From: an uncultured Nannocystaceae bacterium
GTDB lineage: Bacteria > Myxococcota_A > Bradymonadia > UBA7976 > UBA1532
DNA: 64,000 nucleotides
Direction of reading: 5' to 3'
Assembly (NCBI GenBank): GCA_964402225.1
Contig: CAYOBQ010000002.1
Coordinates: forward strand, 27,594 to 91,593
Of this stretch, positions 57,783 to 64,000 are shown piece by piece. Both the position numbers and the translations under genes were made by a program. Positions within the stretch are counted from its first letter, which is position 1; each line of letters opens with the position of its first letter. Under the pieces are notes generated by a model. That model did no database searches and was not told where the DNA came from. It worked only from the letters and a program-made list of their open reading frames with translations.

Positions 57783-59396
57783 TCATCGAGCGTTCGCCCC
57801 CGCGGATCGGTACTCGATGATCACCAGACTCTCCGGCGGCGGGACATCCCGCAATCGGATGACGAGGTCCCCGGGGCATCCGGCGCCAGAGATGACCTCG
57901 AAGGCCTCGGAGGGGACCCGGTCTCCGTCCACCGTCACGGCGAAGTCCGGCTCCACCGGGTGCGGCGCCTGCGACAGGCAGTAGCCGGGCACCGGCGTCA
58001 CGATCCGTTCCTTGATGTGGCCGTACGCCTCCGCGTGGTCATCGACGCAGATGTGGGTGCACGGCTCGGTATCCCCTTCGGCCCCCACCGGGCAGCCGAC
58101 GCCGCCGAAGGCCTCCGCGAGCTCGAGGTAGCGACGCCCGGAGAAGGCCGCCCCGTTCGCCGACTCGCAGCTCGGCTGGACCGGGCCCCGGCAGCGCCCA
58201 TCGGGGCAGCAGCGGTCGCGGGTTTCCTCGGGATCGTATCGCTCCGATTCGGGATCACAGACCGGCTCCGGCGCGCCGGGGTTGTAGCTGATCTCGAAGC
58301 CAGCCTCGGTGTAGTCGCGCAGGCCGACGATGGCCACGACGAGCAGCTTCCCAGACCGCGGATCCTTCAGCTCCGAGAGGAAGTCGACGTAATCCGCGAC
58401 GGGGACCAGCTCCGATCGCCGCCACTCGCACTCGCTGCCCTCCGCGCGATCGACGGCGCAGCTTCGACGGCACGCGGCGGGATCGAGCTCGCCGCAGTCG
58501 CGCAGGAAGCAATCGGCCGGTGAGAGTTCGCCGCACAGCGCCCGGTCGAGGTACGCGTCGGGGACCCCGTCGCCGTCCTCGTCGGCGGGGCCGTACCTAC
58601 AGATGGGCCGGCGGCTGCGCGCCGGGTTCGCCGCGGGATCCGAGCAATCGTTCTCGTCGCTGACGAAGACCACCACCAACAACGCATCGGGGCGCAGGAA
58701 GCGCGGCTCGGCGACGCAGTCCTGGTCATAGACGCCGTCTACGCAGCACGCCCCGAAGGCCGCCACGTTGGGCCCATCGCAAGACAACGCCGTGCGCATC
58801 GCCTCCAGCCCCTTCTCGAACCCATCGCCGTTGGTCCCCAACGTCACCATGCACCGAAACCTGCGCGCCAGCTCCGCCTCCTGCGCCACCTCCGCCCCCG
58901 GCCCCCACCGCAGAATGGGTGACAGCGCCCCCGACTCGACCAACTCGGCGCAGTCGGCGGTGTCGGGCGCCAACGCCTCCCCGGCCTCGTCACGGCAGTT
59001 CAACGAGGGCACCGGCGGCGCGGGCGATGTCAGGAATCGCCCGTTGCGCCCGTTCGGCGGGTGCATATCCGTGCTGACGACGGCGAACCGCCAATCCGCG
59101 TTGGGGATCTGCCTGATCGGACCGTCGGCGAGGGCGCGGAAGTTTCGGGCGAGGTTGCCCTGCTCTTCGCACATCGAGCCCGAGTCATCGACCACGAAGA
59201 GCATGTCGACCTTCACCCGGGGCGGCGTTCGAAAGCTGTCGAAGACCCGCGCCCCTTGCGTCTGCGTGCCGGCCTCGAGGGCGGCATCGGGTGGCGGCTC
59301 ATCGTCTGCGCGGGGAGCGCGGTCGATGCAGCCCAGCAGGGCCAACGCCAGCCACCATCCCCTCGACCGCGGGGCCCATTCGGTGCTTTGGTGCAT
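57783..59396 (-). CDS. lipoprotein with vWA domain and Cys-rich modules
   Basis: Lipobox WWLALALLGCI. MIDAS MLFVVDDSGSMCEEQ. VVVFVSDENDCSD. Many Cys pairs. Confidence 0.6.
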   Translation of the reverse strand: MHQSTEWAPRSRGWWLALALLGCIDRAPRADDEPPPDAALEAGTQTQGARVFDSFRTPPRVKVDMLFVVDDSGSMCEEQGNLARNFRALADGPIRQIPNADWRFAVVSTDMHPPNGRNGRFLTSPAPPVPSLNCRDEAGEALAPDTADCAELVESGALSPILRWGPGAEVAQEAELARRFRCMVTLGTNGDGFEKGLEAMRTALSCDGPNVAAFGACCVDGVYDQDCVAEPRFLRPDALLVVVFVSDENDCSDPAANPARSRRPICRYGPADEDGDGVPDAYLDRALCGELSPADCFLRDCGELDPAACRRSCAVDRAEGSECEWRRSELVPVADYVDFLSELKDPRSGKLLVVAIVGLRDYTEAGFEISYNPGAPEPVCDPESERYDPEETRDRCCPDGRCRGPVQPSCESANGAAFSGRRYLELAEAFGGVGCPVGAEGDTEPCTHICVDDHAEAYGHIKERIVTPVPGYCLSQAPHPVEPDFAVTVDGDRVPSEAFEVISGAGCPGDLVIRLRDVPPPESLVIIEYRSAGANAR

Positions 59397-59424
59397 GTGC
59401 CCTTTCCTCCGGCGGCGGCACCAG

Positions 59425-62400
59425 ATGGACGATCGATGGACCCCTCTTCTTGCGCTCCTGCTCCTCGTTTGCTGCGACGACACCACCGCCGCCGACCCAC
59501 CTGACGCGAGCTGCGAAGGCGCCTGCTTCGAGACCCTCGACGCGGGCCCGCCGCCGGGCCAGACGCTGGCGCCCGACGCCGGCCCGGACTCGAGCGCCGA
59601 CTCGCGGGAGCACACCCCCTGTGACCCCACGCCGGCCCCCGAGGTCCCCCCCGGTCTGGCTGGGCTGGCGCCCCGGCTTCAGCTCGCGGCGGGCGGCCCT
59701 CCGAGCGCCGACCAGCTCGTGCTCGCCGATCTCGACGGCGATCCCGACGCCACCGACGAGCTGGTAGTGGTCCGCGGCGGGCGGGTCGAGGCCTACGACA
59801 GCGATGGCCGGATCCGCTGGCGCTCCGAGGGCTTCGGCGCCACCGCCCTCCTGGGCGCCGCCGATCTCGATGGCGACGGGCGCCGGGAGGTCGTCGCGAT
59901 CTCGGTGCGTGACGCGCGGGTGCTCGACGCGCTCACGGGCGCCGTCTCCTGGCGGCTCCCCGAGCGCCTCTTCGGCCCGGAGACAGACCCCCTCGTGCGC
60001 ATCCGCCACGCGCTGCTGACGGACCTCGAGGGCGACGGTCTGCCGGACCTCTACGTCGCCGATGGCGGCTGCTCCCAGGCAGGTCGGGGACACGGCGCGG
60101 TGGTGCGCTTCGCCGGGGACCTGGCCGGCGCGGGACCGCAGACGATCATCGCCGGCCCCCGCGCCAACGGGCGCTGCGCTCGCTGGCAAACGGTGAGCGA
60201 CGTCGACGGCGACGGCGCACCGGACGTCCTGGTGACGGACGCCCAGGGCATCAACGCCTTCGACCCGCTCACCGGGGCACGCCGCCTGTGCGGCGACCTG
60301 CCCGGCACCCCCGCGTCGGGCAAGCTCCCGCATCGCGCGACCCCCGACGGCCTCCTGGTCGTCGACCGCGGGCGCGTGCTCTGGGTGGCGCCCACCGACG
60401 GGCCCAGCGAGCGCTGTGAGGAGGGGCGCCTGCTCGGCGCGCGGTGGGTCGTCGACCTCGGCGGTCCCGTACAGCCGGCGGGCACCCACACGGCGGACCT
60501 CGATGGCGACGGGATCCCCGACGGCCTCACCTCGTTTTGGACCGGCGCCGCGTGGCGCACCGTCGGGCTCTCCGGCGTGGACGGGGCGCGCCTGCTCGAG
60601 ATCGAGGACGCGCGGCTTCTGGGCGCCTTCGCCGACGGGCTGCTCCTTCGGCGCGGGGACGGTCGGGCGCCGGCGCGCCTGGGACGGGTAGAGCGCTGGG
60701 TCGACGGCGCGGTCGCGTGGGGCATGGACCGGGCGGACGTCGTCACCCGGCCGCCCCCGCCCACGGTCACGGGGCGCACGCGCGAGTTCGCCGATCCGGT
60801 GACCTCCGGCGGGCGCGTGGCCCTCGTAGCCGGACGAACGGATCGCGTCGACGAGCTCCGGCTGGTCGACGTCGGCGGCGACGCGAGCTCGCTGTCGCTC
60901 AACGGGCCCGTGGGCGCGGTGCTCCCTGCGACGGACGGCCTCGTCGTGGCCACCGCCGACGGTGGCCTGGCGTTGCTCGATCAGACGCTGAGCCTGCAAA
61001 ACGCCGACCCCGAGGGGCGACCCGCCGCCCGCGCCCCGAGCGGCGCGCCGACCTTCGCCCACGGCGCAGGCAGCGATGGGTCGTTGCTCTTCGCCTGGAC
61101 CGCCTCGGGCGTGCTGCGGGCGCTGGATCTTCGGCTCGACGGGGCGGAGCGCTGGCGGGTCGACGTCGGAGGACCGATGCGCCCCGGCGCCCGACCCCTC
61201 GTCTCCGGCGCCGGCGTGGTGGTCGTCAAAGACGCCCGCGGTGGGCCCAGCGCCTGGTCCGGCCTCGACCCCGCCACCGGCTCCGTCGTGTGGCGCTACA
61301 CCGCCGATCCGACCCAGGTCACGGCGCTGCGCGATCCGGTCTCTGTAGGCGGGCTCGCGGTGCTCTACGGCCGCGGCGAGGCCAACGCGGTCCCGGCGCC
61401 GGATCCCCGCTGCCCGGAGGACACCACCAACGCGGCGGATCTCGCGGCCCCCGATCCCGACTGCCCGGAGCGGCCCGTCTTCGTGCGGGTGCTCATCGGC
61501 CTCGACGCGACGACCGGCGCCTGTCGCTGGCGCAGCCTGCTGCGCCCCAACACCGCCTGCGGCGGCCCCAGCAACCAGGTGGCCAGCGTCGCCGACGGGG
61601 CGCTCTACATCACGGAGAGCAACGCGGTTCGTCGCATCGCCACCGACGACGGGACCGTGGAGGCCACCGCGGACAACGGGCGCTACCCGGAGGGGGCTCC
61701 GATCGGCGGCGGCTGGATCCGGGCGACGGGGGGGACGCCCCCGCTGGTGCGCGTGGGGGGCAACGGGCCGCCCGACGCCCTCGACGCCGATCTACGGCGA
61801 GTCTGGCGCGCCGACGAGCCCGAGCAACGGGCGCAGACGTGGGTCGTACGCGACGCCGCGGCCCTCGGTGAGGCCTTGTGGATGTCCCCCGGCCGCGGCC
61901 TGCCACTCCACCGATACGCCTTGGCCGACGGGGCCCTCGTGGCCACGCTCGGGCTCCGCGACGGCGCGAGGGTCGATGACGCCGAGACCGCCGACCCCCT
62001 CTCCCTGGAGCGAGTCACCGACGGGGACGCCGAGCTGGCATTGGTGAGCGCCGACGACGCGCGACTCTACGCGCTTCAGCCCGACGGGGCGCTGGCTTGG
62101 ACGCGGTCGCTCCCGGCGGGGATCGGGCAGGCCGACGTCGTCGATGCCGACGCCGACGGGGCGGACGAGTTGGTGATCGCCTTGACCGACGGCGGGGTCT
62201 TCGTCTTCGACGCGCCCGCCATCGCGGCGCCGGAGGCGGCGTGGGACCTGCCCTGCCCCGCCGTCGCCGGCTGCGCCCCGGGGGCGGAGATCGACGAGAC
62301 GCCGCGAACCGACGCGCTGTGCGCCGAGTGGGTGCCGGTGGAGGGGGCAGATGGCTACGAGGTCCGGGTGGTCGGCCGGTTCGGAGCCGTCGTCCTCGAC

Positions 62401-62883
62401 TGGACCGAGGTCGGGGCCGGCGGCGCGGCGCGACTCGATGAGCTCCGCCTCGTGCCGGGGCTGACCTACCGGATACAGGTGCGCGCCTGGCGGGCGTCGG
62501 GGGATCGGCTCGAGCGGTCTGCCGGCACGTCCACCGACGGCGTCGAGGTGGTCAACGACCCCGCGCCGGAGGTGAGCCTGACGGTGTCACCGATGGTGGT
62601 GGCGCCAGGCGGTGGGCCGGGGGTGGTGCTCGTCGAGGCCAGCGACGACGACTTGCTCGCCGGGTGGCAGCTCGAGGTCCTGGACGGCGAGGACGTGGTG
62701 CGCACGCTCGCCCGATCGGCGCTGGCCCACCGACACTTCGAGGCGCGCCGCGAGTGGGATGGGCGCGACGACGCCGGCCGGGCCGCCGCCCCGGGGGCCT
62801 ACGAGGTTCGCGCCCGCTTTACAGACCGCGCCCGCAACACGGAGGTCGTGGGGGTCGCGGTGTGCGTAGAAGCGTGTCAATGA
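59425..62883 (+). CDS. large secreted FG-GAP/beta-propeller repeat protein with C-terminal Ig/FlgD-like domain
   Basis: Signal peptide MDDRWTPLLALLLLVCC. Repeated FG-GAP-type Ca-binding loops (DLDGDGRREVV, TDLEGDGLPDLYVADGG, SDVDGDGAPDVLVTD, DLDGDGIPDG, DADADGADELV). C-terminal FEARREWDGRDDAGRAAAPGAYEVRARFTDRARN is Ig-like. Confidence 0.65.
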   Translation: MDDRWTPLLALLLLVCCDDTTAADPPDASCEGACFETLDAGPPPGQTLAPDAGPDSSADSREHTPCDPTPAPEVPPGLAGLAPRLQLAAGGPPSADQLVLADLDGDPDATDELVVVRGGRVEAYDSDGRIRWRSEGFGATALLGAADLDGDGRREVVAISVRDARVLDALTGAVSWRLPERLFGPETDPLVRIRHALLTDLEGDGLPDLYVADGGCSQAGRGHGAVVRFAGDLAGAGPQTIIAGPRANGRCARWQTVSDVDGDGAPDVLVTDAQGINAFDPLTGARRLCGDLPGTPASGKLPHRATPDGLLVVDRGRVLWVAPTDGPSERCEEGRLLGARWVVDLGGPVQPAGTHTADLDGDGIPDGLTSFWTGAAWRTVGLSGVDGARLLEIEDARLLGAFADGLLLRRGDGRAPARLGRVERWVDGAVAWGMDRADVVTRPPPPTVTGRTREFADPVTSGGRVALVAGRTDRVDELRLVDVGGDASSLSLNGPVGAVLPATDGLVVATADGGLALLDQTLSLQNADPEGRPAARAPSGAPTFAHGAGSDGSLLFAWTASGVLRALDLRLDGAERWRVDVGGPMRPGARPLVSGAGVVVVKDARGGPSAWSGLDPATGSVVWRYTADPTQVTALRDPVSVGGLAVLYGRGEANAVPAPDPRCPEDTTNAADLAAPDPDCPERPVFVRVLIGLDATTGACRWRSLLRPNTACGGPSNQVASVADGALYITESNAVRRIATDDGTVEATADNGRYPEGAPIGGGWIRATGGTPPLVRVGGNGPPDALDADLRRVWRADEPEQRAQTWVVRDAAALGEALWMSPGRGLPLHRYALADGALVATLGLRDGARVDDAETADPLSLERVTDGDAELALVSADDARLYALQPDGALAWTRSLPAGIGQADVVDADADGADELVIALTDGGVFVFDAPAIAAPEAAWDLPCPAVAGCAPGAEIDETPRTDALCAEWVPVEGADGYEVRVVGRFGAVVLDWTEVGAGGAARLDELRLVPGLTYRIQVRAWRASGDRLERSAGTSTDGVEVVNDPAPEVSLTVSPMVVAPGGGPGVVLVEASDDDLLAGWQLEVLDGEDVVRTLARSALAHRHFEARREWDGRDDAGRAAAPGAYEVRARFTDRARNTEVVGVAVCVEACQ

Positions 62884-63851
62884 TCGGCGCCCACGCGATG
62901 GGGGCACTCGGCATGCGCATCCTCCTGGTCCTGATCACCACCGCCACGGCCCTCGCGGGCGAGTGCCCGCCGACCGACGGCGACTGCTTCCAGGGGCAGG
63001 CCATCGACGCGATGAAGGCGGCCGACTGGGCCCAGGCCGTCACGTGGTGGGAGCGCGCCTACGCGGCGCGCCCCGACGCGGTCTTCGTGTTCAACCTCGC
63101 CTCGACCTACGACCAGTGGGGGGGGCATTGCCGGGAGGCGTTGGCGGCCTTCGACCGCTACTTCGCCGTGTGCCCGCCCGACGCCGTGTGCGAGCAACGG
63201 GCCGTCGCGGCCTCGCGCCGCGACCACATCACGAAGAAGTGCCATGGCACGCTGCGCATCGACACCGTACCGACCGGCGCGGCGATCTCGGTGGACGACG
63301 AGCCGCGCGGGGAGAGCCCGATCGAGCTGAAGCTCGTCGAGGGGACCTATCGGGTGGTGGCGCGCATGGGAGACGCGAGGCCGGTGACCCAGGCGGCCCG
63401 GATCGCGGGCGGTCAGGACTCCGAGATCGTGCTCCGCTTCCCGGAGCCAAAGGTAGAGGCGCCCCCCGCCACCGAGCCCACCCCGGTGGTCGTGATCAAG
63501 AAGCCCGAACCGCCGCCGCCACGTGAGGGCCTCGGCGCGTGGAAGTGGACCGCCCTCGGCGTCGGCGGCGCGGGCCTGGTCACCGGGATCGTGTTCTCGA
63601 TCACCAGCGCCCAGGCGGTGGACGACGAGCAGACGGAGCGCGACCGGGGTGAAGATGCCGACCGGGATCGGGTCCTCGGATTCCAGGACGACGCGATCCG
63701 CGATGCCTGGATCGCAAATCTGGGATACGGGGTAGGAGCGCTGGGTCTGACGGCCGGTGCCGTGATGCTCTGGCTCGACTCGTCCGAGACGTCGACGGCC
63801 TGGCAGCCGGTGCTCGGACCCGGCGTGGCCGGCCTGATGACGAGGTTCTAG
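62880..63851 (+). CDS. PEGA-domain protein with TPR-like N-terminus and C-terminal TM helix
   Basis: Signal peptide. PEGA-type IDTVPTGAAISVDDEPRGESPIELKLVEGTYRVV. TM WKWTALGVGGAGLVTGIVFSI. ATGA overlap with the upstream gene. Confidence 0.65.
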   Translation: MIGAHAMGALGMRILLVLITTATALAGECPPTDGDCFQGQAIDAMKAADWAQAVTWWERAYAARPDAVFVFNLASTYDQWGGHCREALAAFDRYFAVCPPDAVCEQRAVAASRRDHITKKCHGTLRIDTVPTGAAISVDDEPRGESPIELKLVEGTYRVVARMGDARPVTQAARIAGGQDSEIVLRFPEPKVEAPPATEPTPVVVIKKPEPPPPREGLGAWKWTALGVGGAGLVTGIVFSITSAQAVDDEQTERDRGEDADRDRVLGFQDDAIRDAWIANLGYGVGALGLTAGAVMLWLDSSETSTAWQPVLGPGVAGLMTRF

Positions 63852-63852
63852 A

Positions 63853-64000
63853 TGAAGCACCATCGGCTCGCGTCCCTTCCGTTCCTGCTCGCGGCCGGGT
63901 GTGTCCCCAGCTTCGAGCAGACCGAGTGCTTCTCCAGCAACGACTGCGACAGCGGCGAGGTGTGTCGGGCCAACGTCTGCGTCACCGCGGACGCCGCCAC
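63853..64000 (+). CDS. lipoprotein, N-terminal fragment (continues beyond window)
   Basis: MKHHRLASLPFLLAAGCV lipobox followed by a Cys-rich module. Truncated by the window end. Confidence 0.4.

Overview
This is a roughly 71% GC stretch of chromosome, almost certainly from a myxobacterium (Myxococcota, Sorangiineae/Nannocystineae-like). Supporting evidence: the mreBCD operon, recBCD, PEGA-domain and myxo-type cysteine-rich repeat proteins, many lipoproteins, and several proteins with an N-terminal zinc ribbon followed by a transmembrane segment. Coding density is high on both strands.

In high-GC DNA most long ORFs in the six-frame track are alternative-frame artefacts. Genes were therefore called on domain and motif content: Walker A, HExxH, CHAT His/Cys, S8 Asp/His/Ser, HisKA H-box, KMSKS, DxSxS MIDAS, lipobox, signal peptides. 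No tRNA, rRNA, CRISPR array, transposase or integrase was recognised.

Housekeeping genes include infA, trpS, trmI, recC/recB/recD, mreB/mreC/mreD and a PpiD/SurA-like chaperone.

Accessory or unusual content:
(i) an AAA-like ATPase divergent from a tightly packed secreted TPR-CHAT protease / unknown 297-aa protein / S8 subtilase cluster (1-6775);
(ii) a five-gene signalling operon ending in a zinc-ribbon–kinase-like–PP2C protein plus a vWA-like protein (11093-17505);
(iii) a ClpA/B-type double AAA+ ATPase fused at its C-terminus to a class-I peptide-chain release-factor-like domain that appears to lack the GGQ and codon-reading motifs (29886-32633). I am not aware of a description of this architecture, and I rank it the most interesting object in the window;
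(iv) a lipoprotein with five tandem Cys-rich repeats and a C-terminal phage-tail-spike-type (S74) intramolecular chaperone domain next to a SUKH-like gene;
(v) a chemosensory island with two cheX, two cheY, cheR and an MCP but no cheA, cheW or cheB.

Start coordinates come from the supplied ORF track frames and may be off by 1-3 nt. At a few places (e.g. 9184-9352, 3604-3620) the printed sequence and the ORF track seemed to differ by a single base.
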